From NCBI RefSeq assembly GCF_001194135.2, contig NC_068983.1:131864423-131904268 (forward strand): 39,846 bases of DNA. Direction: 5' to 3'. Each line of letters begins with the position of its first letter. Positions within the stretch are counted from its first letter, which is position 1. Of the stretch, positions 21,690-34,259 are shown piece by piece. Under the pieces are notes generated by a model. It saw nothing but the letters and a program-made list of their open reading frames with translations, made no database searches and was not told the DNA's origin. Made by a program: the position numbers and the translations under genes. This stretch comes from Octopus bimaculoides (taxonomy: Eukaryota).

Positions 21690-23100
21690 TCCGTTCGTTC
21701 TTCTAGCCTTTTTCCTACAACCTTTCTAGTATTTAGGCAGTAGATTCTGGCTGTCAAAGTGCTCGGAAATGATTTTTGGAAGCATTCTTTTTAACAGCTT
21801 CCACACTAATGGTAAGCAAGTGACTGCTCTATAATTGCTACCTCTATTATCCTTGCATTTGTATTTCATAAGCAGTATTGTTCTCCCTCTAGTCATCCAA
21901 TCTGGCATTATTCGCACGTTAAGGCAATCCTGAATTTGTACCTTCAACCTCTCATGTAAGCTACTAAATTTCATTAACCAGTACCTTTGGACTAAATCTG
22001 GTCCTGAGCCATTCCAATTAAGTATTTTGCCTTATATGTTACTTATTAATGCACTAATTAGTTTTAGATCTCGTTGCTTTTCACTCACTACTTTTTCCTT
22101 CACTTTCTTTAAGCATACTCAGTCTCCATTATAACTGACTGGCTAATTACTCCAGAATATTTTAACTTTTGTATTAGATTTCTTATCTTCAGTACTTTCT
22201 TCTCCACAATTTATTTGGTTATGAAATTTCCTTTAGTCTGTCAAAGATAATCTAGTCCGTTGATACTGATCTATTCTTTACAGATATCTGGAAAGCTTAA
22301 TTGCTACTGCAATGGTGCGCGGTTTCAGCTCTTCTATGACTGTCTCAAATCCTTTCTCTTTGATTAAGCATCTTTTCTCAAAAGAAGATTTAAATCTTGT
22401 GTTTCCTAACTTGTTCAGTTTCCAGGGTTCTATTCTACTCAGATATTGTCTTAAAGTCTTCAGTTTAATTTTCCATATTTGTATTTTTGTATTTTTTCTA
22501 ATCTTTCCTCGTGGCATATTTAATTTTCTAGTAACTCTCTTGAATAGATCAGAACGTTAGTGTAACCTATATTTTTATTATCTACCGTACTGATAACAGA
22601 ATCTACTTTCCTAGTCATATCGAGAATCTTCCTTCTGACGGTACCTTTTAATGCTGGCAATCTTTTTCTTTCTTTACTCATTGCTTACTGCAACTCATTT
22701 AAAATCTTCTGAACCTCATCACTTAAGTTGCTTAAATCGCTGGTGCCAATTGTCCCATCTTGACTGGTATTTATTTCTATTATTATTTTTTCCTTTAGGT
22801 TCTTCTTTGGTTTGAACTCTATCTCTTATATTGTTGCTTGTCTTTTCTATCACCTAGTTGTTCATTTCCAGTTCTCTTGTAATCTCTCCCACCACCAATT
22901 CTACCATCCACTTTCTTCTAATAACACTAGCTTGGTCTACTAATCTCTGCTCAGTCGCTTTAAACATACACTTTAATACCCAAAGTGTTAACCGCTGTTT
23001 TCTCTAACCTCTTTCTTTTAGGTTCACTTTCTAGGTAGAACTGAACAACTATCCTGTTTTCTTGCTGTTTCACTTCCTCATTTTTACTCTATTATTTGGC
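21690..23100 (-). mobile_element. Decayed 5' half of an R4/Dong-type ORF (N-terminal domain to start of RT), different subfamily
   Basis: Frameshifted pieces: ...ATEQRLVDQA.VIRR..., KEKGFETVIEELK.R..A.A.K.SRY, NW..SGPDLVQ.YWLMKFSSLHERLK.Q.QDCL...PDWMTRGRT.LL.K...NYRAVTCLPLVWKLL...NLLP...KGCRK (ORF track 21726-21974, 22278-22517). Confidence 0.8.
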
Positions 23101-24163
23101 GATGCTGTCTTAGGTTAACAGATGTGGTCAGTCTTCATTTCTTCTGGACCACTGCCGAGCAAGAGGCCTTCCCTTAAAGGTTCAACCTCATTTTCACTGT
23201 TACCTCAGAGTTTCTACGAAAATTCTTGTCTCTCATAAACTGATGTAAAGCAATGTTTGTCGCCATCGTCATCACCTCTATTACTATTCGACATCTGATA
23301 GTTTCAAGTAACTGTCTATTGCAAAACTTAGTGGACTTTCGTGTAGCTTGCGTTGCATTCTTATTCTTCCGTTTGTGGAATATTACATTAATATGTATTG
23401 TTATGGAGATTTGTTTGAATCTTCTGTTGTATTAGTGTTTGTATTGTGTATTGTTTGTGCACTGCTGGTTGTGTTCTTCTGTTGGATATCGGACTCCTAT
23501 GGCACACGTTGTGGGATTTGTTCATTTTATTGGGCATATACTGTTTGAGTTTATTCCTGTGTGTTTTTGGAGGAGTGTTGCATTATAGTGTGCTTAAATC
23601 ACTTTATTGTATTCATGATTATCTGTCCATCGCTCTGTTGTGGTGTTGGTATTCGCTTGGGTAGTGACATGAAGAGATAGGTCCGTCTTTACAGCGTTTA
23701 TCTTTTGACAAAACACCGCCCCTGGACTTTGTTGAAGTGCCTTCTTTTCGAATACCGATTGCTGAAGACTCACTGGACGACGTTTAATACTATTACCTTC
23801 ACCTTTATTCACATTTTATTGATTTTTTTCACCGAATACCGATCATAGTTAAAAGGCATGAGGTTTGTCGCCTTTTGATTAAATACATTTAAAAACCGTG
23901 CGTTTGTGTATATTATGTATGCGTTCGTGTGTGGATTGTATAAACTTTATAACTATTATTGGTGTATAAGCGGGAAACTGAGAAACAACAGTGTGCGTAT
24001 GTATGTGTGTAGAGACATTTAGTTGATATGGAGTATATGTGATTAAAATTATACTCACAGTGTAGCAGTTTTGATATAAAAGTATTTCAGTCCACGTGTT
24101 TACATTTTAATGCACGCTTTCGTGTGCCGGTGCATCTGAGGGCAGATATGTATATATATGTAT

Positions 24164-24660
24164 NNNNNNNNNNNNNNNNNNNNNNNNNNNNNNNNNNNNN
24201 NNNNNNNNNNNNNNNNNNNNNNNNNNNNNNNNNNNNNNNNNNNNNNNNNNNNNNNNNNNNNNNNNNNNNNNNNNNNNNNNNNNNNNNNNNNNNNNNNNNN
24301 NNNNNNNNNNNNNNNNNNNNNNNNNNNNNNNNNNNNNNNNNNNNNNNNNNNNNNNNNNNNNNNNNNNNNNNNNNNNNNNNNNNNNNNNNNNNNNNNNNNN
24401 NNNNNNNNNNNNNNNNNNNNNNNNNNNNNNNNNNNNNNNNNNNNNNNNNNNNNNNNNNNNNNNNNNNNNNNNNNNNNNNNNNNNNNNNNNNNNNNNNNNN
24501 NNNNNNNNNNNNNNNNNNNNNNNNNNNNNNNNNNNNNNATGTATGTATGTATGTATGTATGTATGTATGTATATATATATGTATATATATGTATGTGTAT
24601 ATGTATGCATGTATGTATGTATGTATGTATGTATGTATGTATGCATGTATGTATATACAC
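24164..24660. other. Assembly gap (N 24164-24538) followed by (TATG)n
   Basis: Direct reading. Confidence 0.95.
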
Positions 24661-24787
24661 TATATAACAAAACTCTTTCGGTTTCCCGAGATGGCATACA
24701 GTAAAACATTTCATTGTTTTTGCGTATTCTTAATTCCTACTTCGTGATGGTTTCAGATTTGATCGAGCTGTTTGCTATTCCCTGCAG

Positions 24788-24797
24788 TTATTATTAA

Positions 24798-24880
<83 letters not shown>
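24788..24880. repeat. (TTA)n microsatellite with no recognisable LINE end beside it
   Basis: Direct reading. Confidence 0.95.
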
Positions 24881-24881
<1 letters not shown>

Positions 24882-26094
24882 CATTGACACTAGCTGGCAA
24901 AATCTTTATCACCGATCTAGATTGTTTTAAGGCTCTAAATTTTTTCTTAAGAAGATCCCATTCTTTTGTACTTGGGGGTGACTGGAGCACCATCTCGATG
25001 ACCAATGAGATTGTGTGCAGTGAGTGGATAAGGAAGAGAGAGAGAAAGAAACTTTCAAAAGTCCTTAAAACTACTCAGGCGTTTCCGATTGTTTGATAAA
25101 AACAATTAAATTTCTTAAATGTCCGAATATTGACATTGATGGCTCCAAATCGTGTATGACTACAGAATGGTGTAGAACAGGAGATAGAGACAGCGCAGAT
25201 TGCCCAAGCTAGAGCAGGTTTCCAAGGAAAAGCCGAGTGCTAGGAAAGCCACTTATTTTTGTATTTCTACGGTAAACCAAAATAGATGGAGTCTAGTTAC
25301 AGAAAACTGAACGAGATTTTCTTCGCGAGCAAAGGTATAGCGACTGGATTAGCAAATTCGATAAGGTCTGTGAACCGTATAGTATTATCGAGAAAGAACC
25401 TATTAAAATAACTTAAGGCCCATAACTCTGATAAGCACTGGTTTCAAAATTTTGACAAAGGTGTTTGCGAGGAGGCTGGAACCTGTTGTCTGGTCTATGA
25501 TGTACAAATATGTGCCATTTGGAGAGACCTATTCACAATCAGCGTGTGATATATTATAGGTGGAAGTGTTAGGGGACAAATCTGGGTGGTACCAGTATCA
25601 AAGTATATCAATCGAAAGATTTCAATAACCTTGACCAATGAAATTTGGTGGTCCACTGCGAAGAATCCAGTTTCAGCGTCGACTACCTTGACACGATTGG
25701 CATAATCGAAACCGAAATCTACTTGGTGGTTAGAGTCAAAATCATCTTGTCTGTTCTATATGTACCAATGTTTGATCATTACTACTTAATGTATTAACAT
25801 GAAGTGCATCCCACACTAAATAAATGATTTGAATATCTTTGTCGGCTTATGGTGAACATGTTTCCTTATCGCGGAAATCGGCACCAATGTAATTAATTAT
25901 GAGGTTACGATGGGGAGAAAAATTATCTGAAAAAGGCAGAGGGTCTACAGTTCTTTGATTAGACCTGGAAATTTTCTGGAAAATCCATCTACTTCAACCA
26001 TACCTTTGGTTTCATCTATTCTTCCATGAAACAAAAAAACAGGACAGCCCTCCTTTAAATTCTTTTTCTTGCTGATCAGATGTCTCACTGATTG

Positions 26095-27090
26095 CTATTG
26101 TTTTTGCGATCTTTTAAGTTTATTATGATCTATAACCAAGGATGAATCCCCTTGACTGATGAGGCTTGCATCTATCCAAGCGGCAGTTAGAATTTCAGCA
26201 GTCTCACGAAGTCTGGTATGGTGATGAATATTAGCTAATGCAATGTTTGAAATGTCTCTTGTATTGTATTTTCTTCTCTTTGGTATGGTTTCAGATGATT
26301 CTTTAGAATTTTCATCTGACATTACTTCCTTTTCTTCAGAAGAACTACCAAATAACTGATAAACATCATGACAGTGCTGTTCTTCTCTGCATGATTTCAC
26401 TTTTCATTCTCTTCTTTCTTCCCTATCTCTGAAAAGGCTTTTCCTTTTTCCAGGAGAAATCTCTCTTACTTTCTTTATAATCAGTTGAGACCATTTGCAT
26501 ACTGCCCTGGCCTCTTGCTTTATCCTCTGTAAGCTTATGAAATCTAGTTCTAGAAAAGGTATCTTCTTTTCACGAGGCAACAACAGTCAATGTGAGAATG
26601 ATATCTTCTGTTACCAGTAGGAGAACAATCCTCTTTTGAATACTAAACTAAGGAATACTTGCAACTCAAAATAAATATCGAACAGTGTATCACGTGAGTG
26701 TAGAAAAGTATTTTTCATTGCTAAGTTACCTTTGATAAATGATGTGTGTACTACTTTCTGCCACAATCCCATTAGTTTTAGCTTAATCATTTGACAGTGA
26801 ATGATCACTGGTGGTTTCAATTCTGCATTAGCTTTTGTCCACTGGCGCAGATGGGGTATTATATTATGTATGAGTTCCTTATCCGTATAGTTTCTTCTGT
26901 CCTCGGAATTTTGTTCCCGAAGTAGTAACCGAAGTCTAAAAATGACTCCCACTGTTGGAAGCTCTAATACAGGAAGCGCTTCCCCTGTACCAATTGACAG
27001 GCGGAAGTGAGATAACATCTGGCCTCTAGCCTTCAGTGTTGACATCTTGTGAATATGTGAAAATAGTAAATGTACATTTAACCAATGCAT
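26095..27090 (-). mobile_element. Frameshifted N-terminal part of a hATm-like DNA transposase
   Basis: Pieces: IGTGEALPVLELPT...RQWTKANAELKPPVI...KL..LW...DTLFDI; CC.REKKIP.LELDFI..QR; ISNIALA...TAAWIDA.LI...DSSLVIDHNKLKR. These match motifs I associate with invertebrate hATm transposases. The catalytic core and TIRs were not found. Confidence 0.55.
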
Positions 27091-27451
27091 TTAACCAATT
27101 AAAAGATAACAAAATATTCATTTAATGAATTAAAGGTAAGAGTGATATTTTGAATCTAATCAGTCTTTCATATAAATTTTCAGATATTGTTTCAAAACAA
27201 CACCAGCTTTAAAAGTTAAGCTAGAATTAATGTAGGTTAGAGTCATTTTAATCAATTTTGGCATATGTATCACGAGTCTGTGAGTAAAAAGGCACAATAA
27301 TTTCATTACCAAATTAGATTTTCAGCAAGTTATTGAAATTTATACATCCGAATACACACACACACACACACACACCCACACACACTGACACATAATATAT
27401 ATATATATATTCACACACATACATAAACACACACACGCATACATCCATATA

Positions 27452-28203
27452 TACGAGGGCTGATCAATAAGTATCCGGACTGTTGCTATAGTAACGAAGC
27501 TAAAGTACGTTGAGTAAAACCGCTTGGCACATTGACCTTGTACTTTTCCGTATATGCGCACTAAACGTTAACGTTCAAGTTTATTTGCCATGTCTATAGC
27601 AGTGCTGGGAGGGACGTATGTAGCGTGTGATCGTCACATTGATTATGACAGGGAAAGCTAAGTAGAGAATCTAACCCGAGTGTGTTTTTGGTTAGCTGAA
27701 AGCAGTTTTGACCCGAAAGTGGCAGACACACGTCTCATACCCAAATCTTCAGTGGTAATGGAGTGAACTGAACTGTAACTAATGTGCATATCCTCTGATA
27801 ACTCACTGATGGTGATTCGACGATTTCCCCTCACAGCTTGGACGCTCATCTGCGATGTTTTTCTCAGTTCTGCTGTTTGCGGATCTCCCAAAGCGTTTGT
27901 CAATAACAAAATCTTTTCGGCTATCTTGGAAACGTCTGAACCACTTGTGCATGTGTGTGAAGTTCATACACTTAGACACGCGAGTCCCTACAACACTATA
28001 TCACACAAATGCCACTTTTGCTCCGAGTAGTCACTCTCGATAAAGGAGCGCATTATAAATTTGTCTTATGCTATTTTACGTAGATGTCTGAATAGGTATC
28101 GCCATGACAACTTTTTCTGTCGTGTTCAATGCATCGAACACACGCTACACACCTTCATTCCAAACAGTGCCGTAAACAGCGGAAGTGAGCTAGAACGTTA
28201 AAG
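27452..28203. mobile_element. Rearranged mariner: 5' end on + (TIR, leader, start of ORF) fused to an inverted second 5' portion on -
   Basis: TA-cgagggctgatcaataagtatccggac (TIR) at 27452. ATG at 27645. From about 27672 the minus strand encodes VRGNRRITISELSEDMHIS..SVHSI.TEDLGMRRVSA.F..KLLS.NQK (ORF 27658-27909). 28108-28203 is an inverted copy of 27565-27660. Confidence 0.75.
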
Positions 28204-28987
28204 TAATCTTTTCATCCAACTTGACGTGGATATACAGACTTACTAACGAAATCAAATCTCACTGCTTGTGATATATATCTGCAGCTACCGTGCATCTGCC
28301 ACTGAAGAGACGGTAACTTCAAAATTATGTTATCTTGTCACTTCAGCGCCAGTAGAAGACATTCCTAAGATCAATATAGTAAATATTTCCAGAAAGTACT
28401 GCCAACATGCTTCCGTTTCATTACATCTCCCTACAAAAATATTGAGTTCACTGTACTTAGTAGAACTATACTATGAAAGAATTATTAAGGCGATGTACGA
28501 TATCGTACATTCATTGCATGGCGTTATCCAAGCAAATGCATATATCATCCATTTGTGTTTTGGTTTTTTATGTATAACACACACACACACACACACACAC
28601 ATACACACACACATGTATAGTGTAAGATGAGAGCCATGATGCTTTTCAGTTTATTTTTTAACCTTTATATTGTAAAAGTGAAAATTGAAATATTTCCTAC
28701 AGTGAGCGTGAGTTTCATCTCTCGAAATTGGGTATAGCAATGACTTCGTAGTAGAGTTGAAAATAATAATTTCTCTATAGACACTAATGTCATGTTTATG
28801 TTTAGACAAACAACATGTTTGTATTTAGATAATAATATAGCAGCATTGAAAATAGACACACGCCATTATATTTGCTTTACTTTAGTTTCATTTTCTCTCT
28901 GTATTTTATCCGCTCAAATGTCAAATTATTTCTGGAATATCAATAAAAAACGAAATAAAGTGTTAATATAACGGTATACATACACAA

Positions 28988-29041
<54 letters not shown>

Positions 29042-29389
29042 TTTCATTCATGATTATTTCCCGCTTTAATCGTTTGTTCGTTTCTATTTCAACTGCGAAA
29101 TTCAAATCAAATTACATGTTAAGCAATTATACATCCTAAACAGAAAATAACTTAAATACGTTTTAGTAGAACCTGAACTCAGTTAAGTGGTAAAATATTT
29201 TCTAAAATATCAGCAAACCTATCAGATATTCGTAATTTATCGATCATATACATTTATCTTCGAAGGTTAGTGTGATGTAGGCTCAGCGATTGCTTTTGTG
29301 AAGATTTCGACTTGTTATTGACCGTGGGATCAATTCTTATAGTATGTTAAGCAGGGTATAAAGGATCAGGTTTAATATCCAGTATCGCA

Positions 29390-29740
29390 TACAATTACTA
29401 CATGATACGTCCATCAAAGACTCTATTCAGCATGACAGGTTCCTCCATTCCGCTAAACCTGACACGCTGAAGAACTATAAAACTCACAAGATTCTTCAGA
29501 GGAATTTCATCTATGTCATTCGGAGTATTTTTAGTGGCTGTGATACAAAATCTTATTTCCATACCCGAAAGTAGCTTCCGCATTACAAATAGGTTTTATG
29601 TAGCAATCTTAGCAGTGGTTATTTCATTACATATTCTATTGCAATTTCTTAACGCACGACATGCTTCAGTAAACCACTGCTAAATATCCTCTGCATTCTT
29701 TATAATTTGATTTCCAATGTCATACATCAATCTTGCTGAA
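29390..29740 (-). mobile_element. Decayed RTE-type LINE 3' ORF fragment
   Basis: EITTAKIAT*NLFVMRKLLSGME.IRF...LQRVRFSGMEEPVMLNRVFDG resembles the RTE post-RT KI..Y...V...LLYG.E...R.RF.GH pattern. Confidence 0.4.
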
Positions 29741-29947
29741 TTCGAATGCATACAAATATTAAACCCAAATATACGTCAGAACATAAACCTATGAATATAA
29801 GCAAACATATAAATATGTATGTTTCTATCTATGCAAATATTCTCCTCTTCCTCTCAACTTCTCTGTCCCCCTCTCTCTTTCTCTCTCTGAATATGCATTT
29901 AATCCCCTCTTCCTCTGAACTTTTTTCTCACTCACGTCCTTTCTCAG

Positions 29948-30370
29948 TCTCTCTCTCTCTCTCTCTCTGTATATATATATATATATATATATATNNNNNN
30001 NNNNNNNNNNNNNNNNNNNNNNNNNNNNNNNNNNNNNNNNNNNNNNNNNNNNNNNNNNNNNNNNNNNNNNNNNNNNNNNNNNNNNNNNNNNNNNNNNNNN
30101 NNNNNNNNNNNNNNNNNNNNNNNNNNNNNNNNNNNNNNNNNNNNNNNNNNNNNNNNNNNNNNNNNNNNNNNNNNNNNNNNNNNNNNNNNNNNNNNNNNNN
30201 NNNNNNNNNNNNNNNNNNNNNNNNNNNNNNNNNNNNNNNNNNNNNNNNNNNNNNNNNNNNNNNNNNNNNNNNNNNNNNNNNNNNNNNNNNNNNNNNNNNN
30301 NNNNNNNNNNNNNNNNNNNNNNNNNNNNNNNNNNNNNNNNNNNNNNNNNNNNNNNNNNNNNNNNATATAT
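29948..30370. other. (CT)n/(TA)n with assembly gap (N 29995-30364)
   Basis: Direct reading. Confidence 0.95.
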
Positions 30371-30699
30371 AAAGCGGCTCCATTTAATATTGAACAATGC
30401 AATCATTACATCAATTTAAACGCAGGGATGTCCGCAACTGCATAAATAAAGAGAATTTTTAATCAGTTGGACACAGTAATATAATTTTACTCAAATTCTC
30501 TCATAGAGCGAGAAGAGGGAAAAAGTCCATGTTGCTACTAATGTAGCTCAAAATATACTACACTTCTAAGAACTGAATGAAATTTGTTAGGCTCATAGCT
30601 TGTAAAGGTTTGTGGTTCCTTTTTAATTTATTAATCTTTTTAACCTACCTCCAAATCTAAGGCTGGTGGACAGTGTCTGGTTAGAACGGATAGACGGAG

Positions 30700-30900
30700 T
30701 TTGTTGGCAGATTATAGTTGGGTATGGTCACAAATATTGTCAGGATTGTAGGAAATGCTTAAGTAATTTTCTGTAAAGGAGGCTGGGTCGGGGAAGACCG
30801 TAAATCAATATGTTAATTACCAGTTAAAGGGGCGAGACGCTTATAAAACCTATGATGTTAATACAGAGGAAATTATCATGGGGTACAATGGATGATTCTA
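30700..30900 (+). mobile_element. Possible RTE LINE C-terminal remnant
   Basis: Frameshifted RL..GYGH...and LGRGRP motifs (30784-30800). Confidence 0.3.
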
Positions 30901-31869
30901 TATAAACAATATTGTTATGTTGCATGAAGATAAAATTTAAGATTACTAAAGATGTTATAACCAAAATAGATAAACTGTATATAGATATCAATTTTAAACG
31001 TTGGGAAGATTACACAGAATTAGTTTAATATTCATACCTGTGCTTAATTATGTATATATATAGTTTTAGGGAAAAGAACCAAGGTTCATGATTTCATCGA
31101 TGAAAATCCACTATCACATATAGAAAAATTAATAAGTAAAAGCACAATAAATAAGTATGATATAATACAAAGTGACTATCATAAGATAATGTTAATATGC
31201 AAATCGTGTCCGCTGCACATGTTCCCATCACTCACATACAGTCATACAATATCTATTTTCAATGATTATGCATTCTCGTGCATGTTGATTAAACTGACCA
31301 AATCATGCTTTGCAGCTGAAATCGTTTGCTCAGAGTTGTAGCATTCTAGTCAGCAGATATCTAACTTTCAAAATTGCTTTTTAATTGGGATTAGCGGAAG
31401 TAAAACAACGAAATATTTTAAGATTATACAGTTCAGCACATGTCCTTTTGATCGATTACAATGAATTGAACATAATTTGCTATTCTGTGGCAATGTTGGA
31501 CATCAATATTATTCGAAAGATATGAGGCTCAATGTTTTACTACAAGTGTTTTAACATAGCAATACAAATGTATTGATTATTGCCGCAGCGATTATAAATG
31601 CGATCGACAGAACACCGAGAAATCGAATTTCCTTCATATATTAAATGCCCTTCCTGACTTCATATATTAGGAAAGGGCATATATAGTACCGGAACTATAC
31701 ACATTCCCAAAAGACAGGAATTCCTTGGATGGAATGCAACTGATATCGGCAATATGTGTAGTTCGTTTTTGAAGACGGAATGATTCCAAAGTTCAACACA
31801 ATGGAGACTTTTGTTCATGGAAAAGAATTTCTCACAAAACAAAAATTAAAATAAGCGTATTGTCTTAAA

Positions 31870-32360
31870 TCAGATCTGATGACATCTTATATTGCTGTGG
31901 ATTGTTGTAAAACTATTGCAGTTAGTAAAGTATGACGAAGAAAAACTTCTGAATATGTCTAATATATTTGGAAGAGATCTCATTAAGTATGCAAAAAGAC
32001 AAAAATGCATTGAAAGGAAACCGAACAGAGAGAAATTATCCATTGACGCATTTGACATGGGACCAACGTTGTTTATCTAAGGGTGGTAATGTTATCTACT
32101 GAAGGATGCAAAAACTAGAACAAGTTAATAAATACTTGCTAACCGAAAGAAAGAGTTTCAATCAGTGTTGTACTTATATCGGAGGAAGGACGGTTGGAAT
32201 GACGATTCTCTGCAAATGCCAAAAATGCATTTTATTGCTGATAGATATTTAAGCAATTGACGTGGTACAAGCACACCGTCATAACCTGGGCTGAAAAATC
32301 TTCTGCGTTTGAGGCTCATGAGTAAGCAATGAGGCATATTCTATACTGAATCGATAACCA
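31870..32360 (+). mobile_element. Highly decayed RTE-type RT C-terminal fragment
   Basis: In order across frameshifts: DDI (31879), KKTKM, then TWAEKSSAFE..*AMRHIL, matching the RTE sequence ADD...KKTK.M...ETW...AFE...RRIL. Confidence 0.4.
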
Positions 32361-32681
32361 CCATAATAACCATCATTATGCCGAGTTCGCCACGTTGTAC
32401 TTTATACATACGAACAGACACACATATAGTGCTGGTATCATAAGAACTTATGAACTTTCTAGCGATTGTCATGGAATTAATTTTTCTAACAATGAATATC
32501 GAAGCATATAAAATGATTATGAATGACGGTTAAAATCTGATCATAAAGAAAAAATGTATTGGAAAGTTAAAAGGAATACGTAAAAAAAACAACAATCATA
32601 ACGAAAAGAAAAAAAAATACGATGCTGTTTTACATGCACGTGAACTCACAGCTCCTACAGATATATATGCCTATAGCAGAA

Positions 32682-33094
32682 NNNNNNNNNNNNNNNNNNN
32701 NNNNNNNNNNNNNNNNNNNNNNNNNNNNNNNNNNNNNNNNNNNNNNNNNNNNNNNNNNNNNNNNNNNNNNNNNNNNNNNNNNNNNNNNNNNNNNNNNNNN
32801 NNNNNNNNNNNNNNNNNNNNNNNNNNNNNNNNNNNNNNNNNNNNNNNNNNNNNNNNNNNNNNNNNNNNNNNNNNNNNNNNNNNNNNNNNNNNNNNNNNNN
32901 NNNNNNNNNNNNNNNNNNNNNNNNNNNNNNNNNNNNNNNNNNNNNNNNNNNNNNNNNNNNNNNNNNNNNNNNNNNNNNNNNNNNNNNNNNNNNNNNNNNN
33001 NNNNNNNNNNNNNNNNNNNNNNNNNNNNNNNNNNNNNNNNNNNNNNNNNNNNNNNNNNNNNNNNNNNNNNNNNNNNNNNNNNNNNNNNNNNNNN
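32682..33094. other. Assembly gap
   Basis: N run. Confidence 0.99.
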
Positions 33095-33600
33095 AAAAAA
33101 AATACGCGTATCTAATTAAATACTCCATATCAACACTTTCTACAAACTTGATATGGGACTTGATACGTAGATTCTATATTATCACAAACGATTTCCTATT
33201 CTACTCACATTTAACGATATTGCTATTGCTGCTAATATTGCAGCATTCATGTTAAACAGCACGAAATCTTTTTTTTACCTATCATTAATTTTTCCGATTT
33301 TTTTTCCCCGATCAGATTTTTAATCGGTATTCCTTGTCGAATGCTTGGGGCCTTAACAGATTTACCTGAACATATATGCCTAACTTTTAATGATGTGTTC
33401 GTAAAGATGTAATATGACAAAGTAAATCATGCTGTGTTCGTGATAAATTTTTCAAAGATCTGTTTGAATTAAAGTTAGAACAAGTATATAAGAGAGAAAA
33501 AAATACTAGGAAAATCCGAAGGGGATTTATATTTGTAAGTATATTCTCACTACTTTTATCATTTTTAATATTTTTGTTTTGTTATTGTCGTTGTCGTCAA

Positions 33601-33601
<1 letters not shown>

Positions 33602-33691
<90 letters not shown>

Positions 33692-33698
33692 TTATTAT
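33602..33698. repeat. (TTA)n microsatellite
   Basis: Direct reading. Confidence 0.95.
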
Positions 33699-34196
33699 CA
33701 CAAAATCGTCACTAATTTGACATCCGCTATTACCTTCTAATCATCAGTATTCACAACATCATGATACTACAAGACATGCCTCAATGTTATGGGGAAATCA
33801 AAAGTGGAACTAGTAATATCAGCATTAGCAGTAGCAACATAATAGTTAAAGCACCATGGGAATAACGCATCGATTTCCCGTCTTGAAATTTTAATAAATA
33901 TGTCATTTACACACGTAGCACGGAACTGTTACATCCAGGATTATCAAGTATTTTGTAAACCTCTTTCCCTAGAATTTATATATATGTATATATATATTGC
34001 TTCTTCGATGCAAATGCAAAAGTAGACGGTAACCAGAAAAAAGAAGAAAAGAACAAAACTGTAATCTAATGTTGGAAGTCTTCTGGGGTTTTTAGTATTA
34101 CATATTGAAATTTGTAACATTTACTGTTGCCTCAAATGTAAATATTCTCTCTCGATATCACAGTATGAAAACATTGAAAATAAGAATCGAGTAACG

Positions 34197-34259
<63 letters not shown>

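Noticed and set aside
23440-23560. Minus-strand KLKQYMPNK, similar to a piggyBac motif
   Set aside because: The flanking residues do not continue the piggyBac pattern; a single short match.
23757-23790. attg-CTGAAGA-ctcactggac-GACGTT-taat, a possible HHR relic
   Set aside because: Needs a 2-nt repair of GAAA and has a mismatched 3-bp helix II; too many lesions to support from one copy.
26156-26186. CTGATGA followed by a gcttg/caagc stem, resembling a hammerhead
   Set aside because: The stem is followed by GGCAG rather than GAAA, no helix I or III was found, and it lies antisense within the transposase remnant.
31660-31842. ORF resembling a CR1/L2 C-terminus (FFS...WN...FKN.L)
   Set aside because: Only loose similarity and no supporting upstream RT sequence.
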